Assembly (NCBI GenBank): GCA_017620815.1
Contig: JAGAUI010000008.1
Span: 680-64,679, forward strand
Direction of reading: 5' to 3'
Source of the DNA: Flavobacteriales bacterium
Lineage (GTDB): Bacteria > Bacteroidota > Bacteroidia > Flavobacteriales > UBA1820
DNA: 64,000 nucleotides
A program made the position numbers and the translations under genes. A model generated the notes under the pieces. The model had not been told where the DNA came from, searched no databases, and saw only the letters and a program-made list of their open reading frames with translations. Each line of letters begins with the position of its first letter. The first letter of the stretch is position 1. Shown piece after piece: positions 38,550-49,258 of this stretch.

Positions 38550-39380
38550 ATGAATTACGCTCAACTAGTCGCACAGATAAAACAGAAAAAAAGTTTTCTA
38601 TGTGTAGGTCTAGACCCCGACATTAACAAAATCCCATCCCATCTATTATCCTCACAAGACCCTCTATATGAGTTCTCACGTGAGATAATAGATGCCACCG
38701 CACCCTATGCTGTAGCCTACAAACCAAATAGTGCATTCTATGAAGCACAAGGATGGAAAGGGATGCTGTCATTTGAAAAGACTGTAGAGTACATACGTCG
38801 CAACTATCCCGATATTTTCATCATTGCCGATGCCAAACGTGGCGACATAGGAAACACATCGGCTATGTATGCACGTACGTTCTTCCAGACTATGGATTGT
38901 GATGCGGTAACAGTAGCTCCATATATGGGTAAAGATTCTGTAAGTCCATTTCTGGATTTTGACGGGAAATGGGTTATACTGCTAGCCCTTACCTCCAATG
39001 CAGGTGCCGCCGATTTCCAATTCACAGAAAGCACAGACGGCTCTCTACTCTACGAGAAAGTAATAAAGACTTCTCAAGAGTGGGCATCACATGAAAATAT
39101 GATGTATGTAACAGGTGCCACCAAGGCCGAATACTTTACTCGTATAAGAGAATTGGCTCCTCGTCATTTTCTATTGGTACCGGGAGTAGGAGCACAGGGA
39201 GGCTCACTGGAGGACGTATGTCGTTATGGTCTTACAGAAGATTGCGGACTTCTTATAAACTCTTCCCGTGGTATCATCTATGCTTCACACGGGGAAGATT
39301 ATGCTAGTGTGGCAAAAGAAGAAGCTCACAAGATACAGAGCGTAATGGAAAATATCCTTACTACATCACATATCATATAA
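38550..39380 (+). CDS. pyrF: orotidine-5'-phosphate decarboxylase
   Basis: Motifs [17 protein letters not shown] and PGVGAQGG. Confidence 0.96.
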   Translation: MNYAQLVAQIKQKKSFLCVGLDPDINKIPSHLLSSQDPLYEFSREIIDATAPYAVAYKPNSAFYEAQGWKGMLSFEKTVEYIRRNYPDIFIIADAKRGDIGNTSAMYARTFFQTMDCDAVTVAPYMGKDSVSPFLDFDGKWVILLALTSNAGAADFQFTESTDGSLLYEKVIKTSQEWASHENMMYVTGATKAEYFTRIRELAPRHFLLVPGVGAQGGSLEDVCRYGLTEDCGLLINSSRGIIYASHGEDYASVAKEEAHKIQSVMENILTTSHII

Positions 39381-39383
39381 GAT

Positions 39384-40031
39384 ATGCCATTCATAGGTGA
39401 GAGTTATTTTTACCACGCACGCATAGGACGGTGGAAGATAGAGGAAACAGAATCTACCCTCAGAGCAGGGATAGATGTGTCATCTGCTACTATGGCACGT
39501 ATAAACTCCTCCAAGAGTTCCAGCCGTAGAGCCGAGATTCTAGCGTCCAGACGTCTTATGCATCGTATGGGAATATCAGACCACAACGTCATCTACTCTC
39601 CACAGGGTAAGCCTATGATGAGAAACGGCATGTATATAAGCATAAGTCATTCACATGGAAATGTATGTGTAGCTACATCTGAATACCCCATAGGCATAGA
39701 CATACAGAAGATAGACCGCAAGATAAAAAATGTACTATCGTGGTTCTTGCACCCAAAGGAGAGTAACGAAAAACGTCGCGATGAGCTATTGCGTATGGCT
39801 CTGCTGTGGAGCGGGAAAGAAGCCCTTTATAAATTGGAAGGAGATGATAGAATTTCTATGCGAGATTTCCAGATAAGACTCCCCTCCTCTATAGATAGAG
39901 AAGGTTATTTCCCTGCCATCCTGCATAGAAAAGGAGAAAAGACCAAAATCTATCGTATGTACTACTCTCACGATGATAATTACGTTATGGTTCACGCCTT
40001 ACGCATAGAGAAACTATCTGAAGAATACTGA
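39384..40031 (+). CDS. 4'-phosphopantetheinyl transferase family protein
   Basis: Motifs GKP, SISHS, GIDIQ and WSGKEALYK. Confidence 0.88.
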   Translation: MPFIGESYFYHARIGRWKIEETESTLRAGIDVSSATMARINSSKSSSRRAEILASRRLMHRMGISDHNVIYSPQGKPMMRNGMYISISHSHGNVCVATSEYPIGIDIQKIDRKIKNVLSWFLHPKESNEKRRDELLRMALLWSGKEALYKLEGDDRISMRDFQIRLPSSIDREGYFPAILHRKGEKTKIYRMYYSHDDNYVMVHALRIEKLSEEY

Positions 40032-40124
40032 TGTCAAACTTGCATAAAAAGCATTGAAAAAATCAGTAAATTTGCTATCTCAAAAAAAAGAAGCGATTCT
40101 ATATAAAAAAGAAAACAATTGATT

Positions 40125-41555
40125 ATGCCAAACATACTAGCTATAGTAGGACGTCCCAATGTAGGGAAATCCACTTTTTTTAACCGCCTTACTCAATCCC
40201 GCCGTGCCATAGTAGATTCTGTGGCGGGTGTTACACGCGACCGTCATTATGGTAAAAGCGACTGGAACGGTGTGGAATTTTCTGTGATAGACACAGGAGG
40301 ATATGTGAGAGGTTCAGACGACATATTTGAAGGAGAGATAGCCAAACAAGTTCTTCTAGCCATAGAGGAAGCTACAGCAGTACTATTTATAGTAGATGCA
40401 CAGACAGGTATCACCACAAGCGATGAGGAAGTGGCCGATATATTACGTCGTTGTAAGAAACCTGTTTTTCTAGCTGTCAATAAAGTAGATAGTTCTGTAC
40501 ATGAGACTCTCACTGCCGAATTTTATTCGTTGGGACTGGGTACACCCTACTCTCTTTCGGCTATAAATGGTAGTGGTTCTGGTGACCTACTGGACGAGAT
40601 AATAAAAGTCTTCCCAAAAGACCAAGGTGCTGCTATTTCTATAGAAGACGCATATTATTCGTCTGTTAAAAACACCGAAGAGAACATAGAAGAACTATTT
40701 GATGAAGATGGCAACCCCATAGAGCCAGATGAAGACATAGAGGAAGAAAGACAAGACGATGAAAATGCCATACCTCGTGTAGCTATCATTGGTCGTCCAA
40801 ACGTAGGTAAATCATCACTTGTCAATGCACTCCTAGGAGAAGAACGAAATATAGTTACCAATATAGCTGGAACCACTCGTGATGCTATACATACTCTTTA
40901 TAACCGTTTTGGACATAATTTCTACATAGTAGATACTGCCGGATTGCGTAAAAAGAGTAAGGTAGAAGAAGACCTTGAGTTTTATTCTGTGATGCGTTCT
41001 ATACGTTCCATAGAAAATTCAGATGTATGTATGCTTCTCATAGATGCCACACAGGGTTTTGAAGCACAAGACCTCAATATCTTCCATCTGGCAGACAAGA
41101 ACAAGAAAGGCATAGTCATTCTAGTAAACAAATGGGACCTCATAGTCAAGGACAACAAGACTATGCGTGAGTATGAAAAACGCATACGAGAGAAAATTAT
41201 GCCATTTACAGACGTTCCCATAGTATTTGTATCGGCACTAGAAAAACAACGCATCTTCAAGGCGATAGAAATAGCTATGCAGGTATATAAAAACCGCCGC
41301 CGCAAGATACGCACACGCGAACTCAACGAAGTAATGATACCTATCATAGAAAGCACTCCTCCACCTTCTACCAAAGGTAAATACATCCGTATCAAGTTCT
41401 GCACACAGCTACCTACACACACGCCTAAATTTGCATTTTTTGCCAATCTACCTCAATATATCAAAGACCCATATAAAAGATTTATTGAGAACAAATTGCG
41501 TGAAAAATTTGATTTCAACGGTGTTCCTATAGATATTTTCTTCCGCAAAAAATAA
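40125..41555 (+). CDS. der: ribosome biogenesis GTPase Der (EngA)
   Basis: Two GRPNVGKS G-domains and a C-terminal KH-like domain. ATG at 40125. Confidence 0.97.
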   Translation: MPNILAIVGRPNVGKSTFFNRLTQSRRAIVDSVAGVTRDRHYGKSDWNGVEFSVIDTGGYVRGSDDIFEGEIAKQVLLAIEEATAVLFIVDAQTGITTSDEEVADILRRCKKPVFLAVNKVDSSVHETLTAEFYSLGLGTPYSLSAINGSGSGDLLDEIIKVFPKDQGAAISIEDAYYSSVKNTEENIEELFDEDGNPIEPDEDIEEERQDDENAIPRVAIIGRPNVGKSSLVNALLGEERNIVTNIAGTTRDAIHTLYNRFGHNFYIVDTAGLRKKSKVEEDLEFYSVMRSIRSIENSDVCMLLIDATQGFEAQDLNIFHLADKNKKGIVILVNKWDLIVKDNKTMREYEKRIREKIMPFTDVPIVFVSALEKQRIFKAIEIAMQVYKNRRRKIRTRELNEVMIPIIESTPPPSTKGKYIRIKFCTQLPTHTPKFAFFANLPQYIKDPYKRFIENKLREKFDFNGVPIDIFFRKK

Positions 41556-41571
41556 TAATCACACCATACTC

Positions 41572-41608
41572 ATAAAAAAGCATCGGGCTCTGCCCGATGC
41601 TTTTTTAT
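41572..41608 (+). terminator. intrinsic terminator after der
   Basis: ATAAAAAAGCATCGGGC-tct-GCCCGATGCTTTTTTAT. Confidence 0.9.
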
Positions 41609-41734
41609 ACCCATTAGTTTATATATTTACATATACATAGATATTTTGAGGATTATTATGATAGATTTTGACATAAAAAAACTATCTTAGCATTTTATTT
41701 TTACACATAGTATGTCATATACCTCATAATATAT

Positions 41735-42964
41735 ATGAAAAACACACAAAACACTGAAAAACAGATAATACTGCTCACCGTATCGGGAGAAGACCGTCCG
41801 GGACTTACCACCTCTCTTATGGGAATTTTGGGACAATACGGAGCAGATATTCTGGATATAGGTCAGGCAGACTTGCACCAATCTCTTAACCTAGCCATAG
41901 TATTTGAGATGGGAGCAGGAGAAGAATCGGCTCCTGTACTCAAGGACTTGCTTATGAAGAGTTATGAACTAGGTCTTAACATTCGTTTTACGCCTATGAC
42001 CAAAGACGAATATATCCAATGGGCCAATAGCCGTAACATTCGCCGTAACATAGTAACCGTACTATCACGCAATCTAGATGCTCAACAAGTCCACGAAGTA
42101 ACACGTGTGATAGCTCGCTATAACCTCAACATACGCACTATAAGCCGTGTAACCCACCGTCCTTTCCCAGACGATAACGAACGCAAAGTATGTCTTGAAC
42201 TTAAGGTAGAGGGAGAAATAATTGACCGCGAAGCATTAACACGTGAGTTTCTAGAAATATCCTCCCGTGTGGGTATAGACATCTCATTCCAAGAGGACGA
42301 CATTTACTATCGCAATCGTCGTCTGGTATGTTTTGATATGGATAGCACCCTTATACGCACAGAAGTAATGGACGAACTAGCTCGTCGTGCTGGTAGCGGC
42401 GATGAAGTATGTGCCATAACAGAAAGTGCCATGAGAGGAGAGATAGACTTCCGCGAGAGCTTTACCCGCCGTCTTTCTACACTTAAAGGACTACCAGAAA
42501 GTGTACTTGAGGAAGTTGCCGAAAGCCTTCCCCTTACCGAAGGTGCAGAACGTCTTATCTCTACCCTTAAACGCTATGGGTATAAAACAGCCATCATATC
42601 GGGTGGGTTCTCATACTTTGGCGAATACTTGAAAAAGAAACTAGGTATAGACTATGTATTTGCCAACGAATTGGAGATAAAAGACGGGCATCTCACAGGT
42701 GGATATGTAGGGGATATAGTAGATGGTCCTCGCAAGGCAGACTACCTTAAAACCCTTGCCAAGATAGAAGGTATATCCACCCAGCAAGTAGTAGCATTGG
42801 GAGATGGAGCAAATGACCTTCCTATGTTGCGTATAGCTGGGCTAGGAATAGCCTTCCAAGCCAAACCAACGGTAAAAGAAAACGCCTCTCACGCCATTTC
42901 CTCTATGGGACTGGACGGGGTGCTGTATCTGCTAGGATATAGAGATAGACACATAGAAAAATAA
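41735..42964 (+). CDS. serB: phosphoserine phosphatase with N-terminal ACT domains
   Basis: GEDRPG ACT domain; HAD motifs DMDSTL, SGGF and GDGAND. Confidence 0.95.
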   Translation: MKNTQNTEKQIILLTVSGEDRPGLTTSLMGILGQYGADILDIGQADLHQSLNLAIVFEMGAGEESAPVLKDLLMKSYELGLNIRFTPMTKDEYIQWANSRNIRRNIVTVLSRNLDAQQVHEVTRVIARYNLNIRTISRVTHRPFPDDNERKVCLELKVEGEIIDREALTREFLEISSRVGIDISFQEDDIYYRNRRLVCFDMDSTLIRTEVMDELARRAGSGDEVCAITESAMRGEIDFRESFTRRLSTLKGLPESVLEEVAESLPLTEGAERLISTLKRYGYKTAIISGGFSYFGEYLKKKLGIDYVFANELEIKDGHLTGGYVGDIVDGPRKADYLKTLAKIEGISTQQVVALGDGANDLPMLRIAGLGIAFQAKPTVKENASHAISSMGLDGVLYLLGYRDRHIEK

Positions 42965-42982
42965 CAATTAACACATATAGAT

Positions 42983-44977
42983 ATGAGTCAAAACATAGAA
43001 GAAAAAAAACCAATAGAACTCCCAGAAAATGCCTTCCGTGAGTTGCATGAAGGCGAGGAGTATCGTCCTGTGATGTCCCCAGACAAATCATATCCCGAAA
43101 TCAACCTATGGTCTGTTTCTTGGGGTGTGGTGATGGCTGTAGTATTTTCGGCAGCAGCTGCATTTCTAGGGCTTAAAGTAGGACAGGTATTTGAGGCTGC
43201 TATACCTATTGCCATTATAGCTGTAGGTCTTTCAAGTGCTGCCAAACGTAAAAACGCTCTAGGAGAAAATGTCATCATTCAGTCCATAGGAGCTTGTTCT
43301 GGTGTGATAGTTGCAGGTGCTATCTTTACACTTCCTGCTCTCTATATCCTCCAACGCACCAACCCAACCCTTACAGTAAACTTTATGGAAGTATTCCTTA
43401 GTTCGCTGCTAGGTGGTATCCTAGGAATACTTTTCCTTATACCTTTCAGAAAGTATTTTGTGAAGGATATGCACGGCAAATACCCTTTCCCAGAAGCAAC
43501 AGCTACCACACAGGTGCTTATTTCGGGAGAGAAAGGAGGCAGCCAAGCTCGCCCACTTATCATAGCTGGTCTAGTAGGTGGTCTTTATGACTTTATACTA
43601 TCTACATTCTCATGGTGGAGCGAAGTTCTTTCTACCAAAATCCTACCTTGGGGTATGGAAATAGCAGACAAAGCAAAACTGGTCTTCAAGATAAACACAG
43701 GTGCTGCTGTATTAGGATTGGGATATATAGTAGGGCTTAAATACTCTACCATAATATGTGCTGGTTCTATATTTGTATGGTTTATTATCATTCCTCTTAT
43801 AGGTGTAGTATTCCCAGAGGCAGCTGCTTCGCTCAATGGTGATGTAACTACCCCTGTATCACAGATGAGCCCAGAAGTTATATTTACGACATATGCACGT
43901 CATATAGGTATAGGCGGTATAGCTATGGCAGGTGTGATAGGTATCATACGTTCATGGGGTATCATCAAGAGTGCAGTAGGTCTTGCTTCTCGTGAGTTCT
44001 CTGGTAAAAAAGCAGACGATAACGTCAAACGTACAGACCGCGATATCTCTATGAAGACCATTATGATATGTGCTGGTATAGCACTGGTGGCTACATTTAT
44101 TTTCTTCCAGTTTGGAATTATACATAACTGGATGCAGAGCATCATAGCTTGGGTGGTGGTAACAGTTATAGCATTCCTATTTACTACAGTCGCTGCCAAT
44201 GCGATAGCTATAGTAGGCACCAACCCTGTTTCTGGCATGACTCTTATGACACTTATATTGGCTTCTGTAATACTAGTGGCTGCTGGTCTTAAAGGAACAT
44301 CTGGTATGGTAGCGGCTCTTATCATAGGTGGTGTGGTATGCACTGCTCTAAGTATGGCTGGTGGATTTATCACAGACCTTAAGATAGGATATTGGTTGGG
44401 TTCTACTCCTGCCAAACAGCAGACGTGGAAATTCCTAGGAACTCTAGTTTCAGCCGCTACTGTAGGTGGTGTGATACTGGTGCTTAACAAGACTTATGGT
44501 TTTGATGCTGCAAATGGAGGTCTTGTAGCGCCTCAAGCCAATGCTATGGCTGCCGTTATAGAACCTCTTATGAGTGGTAAGAGTGCACCTTGGTTGCTAT
44601 ATGGTATAGGTGCTGTGATAGCTCTTATCCTTACAGGGCTTAAAATACCTGCTCTGGCATTTGCTCTGGGTATGTTCATTCCTCTAGAACTTAACACTCC
44701 GCTTGTAGTGGGTGGTCTTGTGAGCTGGTATGTAAGCACACGTAGCAAAGACGCCTCTGTAAACAAATCCCGTATGGAGAAAGGAACACTACTTGCTTCT
44801 GGATTTATAGCTGGTGGTGCTCTTATGGGAGTGGTAAGTGCTACTATGCGTTTTGCAGGTTTTGAATACTCTCACTCTATGAGCGAAGGCGTGATGCAGG
44901 CTCTTGCTCTGGTAATGTATCTGCTTATAATTGTATTCCTCGCTTGGTATAGCATGAAAGAGGATAAAAAAGCATAA
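42983..44977 (+). CDS. OPT family oligopeptide transporter
   Basis: Motifs LGLKVG, ENVIIQ, PFPEA, NPVSG, DLKIG and APQA; many TMs. Confidence 0.92.
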   Translation: MSQNIEEKKPIELPENAFRELHEGEEYRPVMSPDKSYPEINLWSVSWGVVMAVVFSAAAAFLGLKVGQVFEAAIPIAIIAVGLSSAAKRKNALGENVIIQSIGACSGVIVAGAIFTLPALYILQRTNPTLTVNFMEVFLSSLLGGILGILFLIPFRKYFVKDMHGKYPFPEATATTQVLISGEKGGSQARPLIIAGLVGGLYDFILSTFSWWSEVLSTKILPWGMEIADKAKLVFKINTGAAVLGLGYIVGLKYSTIICAGSIFVWFIIIPLIGVVFPEAAASLNGDVTTPVSQMSPEVIFTTYARHIGIGGIAMAGVIGIIRSWGIIKSAVGLASREFSGKKADDNVKRTDRDISMKTIMICAGIALVATFIFFQFGIIHNWMQSIIAWVVVTVIAFLFTTVAANAIAIVGTNPVSGMTLMTLILASVILVAAGLKGTSGMVAALIIGGVVCTALSMAGGFITDLKIGYWLGSTPAKQQTWKFLGTLVSAATVGGVILVLNKTYGFDAANGGLVAPQANAMAAVIEPLMSGKSAPWLLYGIGAVIALILTGLKIPALAFALGMFIPLELNTPLVVGGLVSWYVSTRSKDASVNKSRMEKGTLLASGFIAGGALMGVVSATMRFAGFEYSHSMSEGVMQALALVMYLLIIVFLAWYSMKEDKKA

Positions 44978-45004
44978 AAGACATATTGATTATGTACACC
45001 CGGC

Positions 45005-45033
45005 AACGCCCGCTCCTATAGGGAGCGGGCGTT
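45005..45033 (+). terminator. probable terminator after the OPT gene
   Basis: AACGCCCGCTCC-tatag-GGAGCGGGCGTT with a weak U-tract. Confidence 0.65.
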
Positions 45034-45149
45034 ATGCTTGCAAAGCATAAAGCCTTAACACTCTGGACATTGCATATATAATTTTTATATATCACTCTTT
45101 TTATATACATTTGTCATTTAAAAACCTTTATTCTATACACTAGATATAA

Positions 45150-46202
45150 ATGAAAGCCTACTGGACACATCGTCGCCTTATATTCAAATCCCCTGCTGGG
45201 ACATCACGTGGCACACTACTCCACAAGGACACTTGGTATCTGGTGCTAGATGACAGCGGATATACAGCGATAGGTGAAGCGGGAATGTTCCGTGGACTTT
45301 CATGTGATGATGTGCCACATTATGAAGAAGAATTAGACGCTCTATGCAGTAGGATAAACAGTGGCAGTATCCCCTCCCCTAGTGAATACGAGTCTTATCC
45401 TTCTATAAGATTTGCTCTTGAGGTTGCACTAGGTAAAATGGAAGCTATGAAAGAAGGCAAATGCTATATGGACAGTCCTTGGGTGAGAGGGAAAGAAGGT
45501 ATAGCAGTAAACGGGCTTATATGGATGGGCAGCCATGATAATATGGTTGAGCAGATAAAGACCAAACTAGACGCTGGATATACTTGCCTTAAAATGAAGA
45601 TAGGAGCGATAGCATGGGAAGAAGAGCTATCTATTATAAAGGCATTGCGTAGTGAGTTTACATCATCAATGCTCACATTAAGAGTAGATGCCAACGGAGC
45701 TTTTACTCCCTCCACTGCTCCTGCTATACTGGACACATTGGCACGATATGAGGTACATTCCATAGAACAACCTATACGTGCAGGACAGGTAGAAGAGATG
45801 GCTCATCTGTGTGAGACAACACCTATACCCATAGCTCTGGACGAAGAACTGATAGGGATAAGAGAGCCTCTCACATTGCTTGATACTATACGTCCTCAAT
45901 ACATCATATTAAAACCTACGCTACTAGGAGGGTTTAATGCAAGTAGAGAGTGGATGTCATCTGCTAGAAAACATGAAATAGGATATTGGGTAACATCTGC
46001 CCTAGAATCAAATGTAGGGCTTGATGCAATAGCTCGTTTTACATACATAGAAGGTGATATAAATTTTCCTCAAGGTCTAGGAACTGGTATGCTATATCAC
46101 AATAACATACCATACCCTTTTGAGATAAGAGATGCTCGTTTTTATATGAACGGCACTCCTCATAGCGATAAGGAGTTATATCATCTCATTACAGAAAAAT
46201 AA
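45150..46202 (+). CDS. menC: o-succinylbenzoate synthase (enolase superfamily)
   Basis: Motifs KMKIG, RVDAN, IEQP, LDEEL, LKP, SALES and GLGTG. Confidence 0.85.
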   Translation: MKAYWTHRRLIFKSPAGTSRGTLLHKDTWYLVLDDSGYTAIGEAGMFRGLSCDDVPHYEEELDALCSRINSGSIPSPSEYESYPSIRFALEVALGKMEAMKEGKCYMDSPWVRGKEGIAVNGLIWMGSHDNMVEQIKTKLDAGYTCLKMKIGAIAWEEELSIIKALRSEFTSSMLTLRVDANGAFTPSTAPAILDTLARYEVHSIEQPIRAGQVEEMAHLCETTPIPIALDEELIGIREPLTLLDTIRPQYIILKPTLLGGFNASREWMSSARKHEIGYWVTSALESNVGLDAIARFTYIEGDINFPQGLGTGMLYHNNIPYPFEIRDARFYMNGTPHSDKELYHLITEK

Positions 46203-46217
46203 AAAACTACCATACAA

Positions 46218-47231
46218 GTGAACAAAGATTATAAAATATCTATCATCGTTCCCATATATAACCGTCCAGACGAACTAGACGACCTGCTACATAGCATAGA
46301 TATGGCTCGCATACCCGAAGGCATGAGCTATGAAGTTGTGGTAATAGAGGATGGTTCGGCTATAAAATCAGATGCTGTATGCAGACGTTGGGAAGAGAAG
46401 ATGGACATAAAGTATTTTGCCAAGGAAAATACAGGTCCTGGAGCTTCTCGTAACTATGGCATGGAACGTGCCAATGGTGATTATTTTGTGATAGTGGATT
46501 CAGACTGCCTACTTCCAGAGGGTTATTTTATGACTCTTAATGACATCATATCTACTCCCGATGCTCCCGATGCCATAAGCGGCCCCGACCGTGCCCACCA
46601 CTCTTTCACCGATGTGCAGAAGGCAGTAAATTACGCCATGACTTCGTTTTTTACCACTGGAGGATTGCGTGGAGGGAAGAACAATGTATGTGGCACACGC
46701 CAGTTGCGTAGCTACAATATGGTCATTTCACGCCACGCATATGATATGTCGGGAGGATTCTCACGTCAGCGTGTAGGTGAGGACATAGAATACACTCACC
46801 GCCTATGGGCAAACGACCTCACCACCCAATGGAACGAAAGTCTTTATGTTTACCACAAACGCCGCGATACTCTTTCAGACTTTTATCGTCAGGTATATGA
46901 TTTTGGTCGTGCTCGTCCTATCCTTAACCGCATGTTCCCCGGCACTGCCAAACTTACATATATGTTCCCTTCGCTATTTGTGGGGTTTGTGGCACTTTCC
47001 ATTCTCACTGGGGCATTTGCTCCTATATGGTTTGCTCCGCTATGGTTGTACATGCTTATCATTTTTATATCTTCATCTTACATAAATAAAGACCTAACGG
47101 TAGGGCTTACATCTGTCGCTGCTGCTCTTATAATGCTTACAGGATATGGTCTAGGCTTTATAGTCACATCATGCCGCCTCATATATTATAACGACGTTGT
47201 CAAAGCCTTTCCTTATATGTTCAAACACTGA
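46218..47231 (+). CDS. GT2 family glycosyltransferase
   Basis: Motifs IVPIYNR, EDGS, DSDC and GEDIE, with C-terminal TMs; GTG start. Confidence 0.9.
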   Translation: MNKDYKISIIVPIYNRPDELDDLLHSIDMARIPEGMSYEVVVIEDGSAIKSDAVCRRWEEKMDIKYFAKENTGPGASRNYGMERANGDYFVIVDSDCLLPEGYFMTLNDIISTPDAPDAISGPDRAHHSFTDVQKAVNYAMTSFFTTGGLRGGKNNVCGTRQLRSYNMVISRHAYDMSGGFSRQRVGEDIEYTHRLWANDLTTQWNESLYVYHKRRDTLSDFYRQVYDFGRARPILNRMFPGTAKLTYMFPSLFVGFVALSILTGAFAPIWFAPLWLYMLIIFISSSYINKDLTVGLTSVAAALIMLTGYGLGFIVTSCRLIYYNDVVKAFPYMFKH

Positions 47232-47254
47232 TAATAATCATAAAAAATACTATT

Positions 47255-47929
47255 ATGCGTAAAAATATCTATACATTATTACTATTGCTATTTGCACTTA
47301 CAGCTATGGCACAGACCACAGATGCTGGTTGGATAGAAATAAATCCAGATATACATCTATTTAAGAACAAAAAATGGTTCTTCACCCCCGAAGTAGGTTA
47401 CCGCTCTACCAATTTCAAAGGCAGTCATCAGTTTATGTTCCGTCCTCACGTAGGATATAAAATGAACAAACACTTTTCATATGAACTAGGTGCTTCTTAT
47501 GTAGTATCTTGGAGTAATTTTACCGCCACAAAACACGATGCAAGTCTTTACCAACACGTAAGTGCATCTACTGGGAGCTGGAATGAATTCTCTCTAGGTA
47601 TGCGTGTACGTATAGAAGAAGGTATTTCACACCCTGTAGGTGGCGATAACATATTCACAGCGAGATTGCGTGTACGTCCACATATCAAGTATAATCTGCC
47701 ACTGCTTAAATCAAAATCACTTTATATTCAGGCATTGCTTGAAAACCACACCTATCTTGCCAATCGCGACAAACTTAACGACGCTCTATGGTTGGCTGGT
47801 CGCCTAGGTGTAAGTCCTTCCAAACGTTTGCGTATGATATTTGAATACAACTACGCCCTCACATATAAACCAGCCAATACTACATATGGCAACCGTTTCC
47901 GTTTGATAACTTACTATAAGTTCTTATAA
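47255..47929 (+). CDS. outer-membrane beta-barrel protein (DUF2490-like)
   Basis: Signal peptide, amphipathic strands, and RVRIEE and RLRVR patterns. Confidence 0.65.
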   Translation: MRKNIYTLLLLLFALTAMAQTTDAGWIEINPDIHLFKNKKWFFTPEVGYRSTNFKGSHQFMFRPHVGYKMNKHFSYELGASYVVSWSNFTATKHDASLYQHVSASTGSWNEFSLGMRVRIEEGISHPVGGDNIFTARLRVRPHIKYNLPLLKSKSLYIQALLENHTYLANRDKLNDALWLAGRLGVSPSKRLRMIFEYNYALTYKPANTTYGNRFRLITYYKFL

Positions 47930-47944
47930 TACAATTTATTTTTC

Positions 47945-47981
47945 TCAAAAACGCAGCCCCTTTCAGGGGCTGCGTTTTTGA
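47945..47981. terminator. intrinsic terminator
   Basis: TCAAAAACGCAGCCCCT-ttc-AGGGGCTGCGTTTTTGA. Confidence 0.9.
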
Positions 47982-47985
47982 TTTT

Positions 47986-48090
47986 AAAAAAACAGTCCCA
48001 CCTTGCGGTGGGGCCATCTTATAGCAGTTTTCTGCTATACCCTGAATACTTATTTATGGATATTTATCGCCTTATAAAACATAATATATA
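47986..48090 (-). ncRNA. candidate independent small RNA (or 10-aa micropeptide mRNA)
   Basis: TATATTTG -7 box at 48096-48103, internal hairpin TATAGCAG-aaaa-CTGCTATA, and terminal hairpin CCCACC-GCAA-GGTGGG followed by U7. Confidence 0.5.
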
Positions 48091-48142
48091 CTGTGCAAAT
48101 ATAATATATTTTTCATAGAAAAAAACATTGATACATTATTTT

Positions 48143-48191
48143 TATGGACAAAAAAAGGTCGCCCTTTCAGGGCGACCTTTTTTTGTCCATA
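48143..48191. terminator. terminator with a 23-bp perfect stem
   Basis: TATGGACAAAAAAAGGTCGCCCT-ttc-AGGGCGACCTTTTTTTGTCCATA. Confidence 0.88.
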
Positions 48192-48197
48192 TTTTGT

Positions 48198-49193
48198 TTA
48201 TAGTTTCATATCACCTTCTACTACCCACCCCGCACGTTTCATACATAAATGTACCATCAATGCTATAACGGCAGGAGCTATGAAATACACGAGTATAATT
48301 TCAGTTACCAACATAGTATTTGACATCGTTCCACTCATAGTAGCATACGCAGCCAATGGCCCTACAAGTCCCGCTGTCCCCATTCCTGCCCCTAGAGCAT
48401 TATTGGTCATGCCAAGCCAAACGGTAGATACAGGCCCCATCACAGCCGAAGCCACAGTAGGTGCCAACCAAATGATAGGCTTACGAGCTATATTTCCTAT
48501 CTGTAACATAGACGTTCCCAATCCCTGTGAGATAAGCCCACCTATACCATTATCACTGTAACTTATCACAGCAAAACCTATCATCTGTGCACAACAACCA
48601 GCCGTAGCTGCACCTGCTGCCAGTCCATCCAATCCCAACATTATACATATAGCCGCCGAACTTATAGGCAATGTAAGTATGCATCCCACCACCACAGCTA
48701 CCACTACTCCCATCATAAAGGGAGAGAGTTGTGTAGCATTGTTAATGATTTCTCCTAGATATAACATCATATCATTTATAGGGCTGCAACAATAATGAGC
48801 AAAAAGACCTCCCGCCACTATCGTAACCATAGGAGTGAGTATTATATCTACAGGTGTGCGTCTAGATATTAACTGTCCTATCTCGGCAGCTATTATCACA
48901 GAAAGATATGAGCCCACAGGCCCTCCATACTTATAACCCAATGCCCCCACGATAGAGGATGAGATGATGACCAACGTATCATATTTTATACCCACAGCCA
49001 TGGCAAGACCTATACAAGAACCTACCAATGGTGATGAAGCCGAAAGAGCATCGGCTATAAAAGAGAGAAATGAGAGGCACTCTATCTTGGCTATTTGGGA
49101 GATGATAAGACCCAATATAAGCGAACAAAATAAACCTTGAGCCATATAGCTCAATGCCTCTACCACATATTTTTTAAAGAGTGTTTTCACCAT
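48198..49193 (-). CDS. PTS EIIC-like membrane protein (PTS_EIIC_2 family)
   Basis: Motifs MAQGLFCSL, LTLPISSAA, AAGAATAGCCAQMIGF, QGLGTSMLQ and GMGTAGLVGP. Start refined to 49193. Confidence 0.85.
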   Translation of the reverse strand: MVKTLFKKYVVEALSYMAQGLFCSLILGLIISQIAKIECLSFLSFIADALSASSPLVGSCIGLAMAVGIKYDTLVIISSSIVGALGYKYGGPVGSYLSVIIAAEIGQLISRRTPVDIILTPMVTIVAGGLFAHYCCSPINDMMLYLGEIINNATQLSPFMMGVVVAVVVGCILTLPISSAAICIMLGLDGLAAGAATAGCCAQMIGFAVISYSDNGIGGLISQGLGTSMLQIGNIARKPIIWLAPTVASAVMGPVSTVWLGMTNNALGAGMGTAGLVGPLAAYATMSGTMSNTMLVTEIILVYFIAPAVIALMVHLCMKRAGWVVEGDMKL

Positions 49194-49221
49194 ATACCTT
49201 ATATTATATACATCATATAAA

Positions 49222-49244
49222 CCGAGCAGCCTGTGGCTGCTCGG
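49222..49244 (-). terminator. probable terminator or attenuator after pncB
   Basis: CCGAGCAGCC-tgt-GGCTGCTCGG with a short U-tract on the minus strand. Confidence 0.6.
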
Positions 49245-49258
49245 CATTAAATTCAGTA

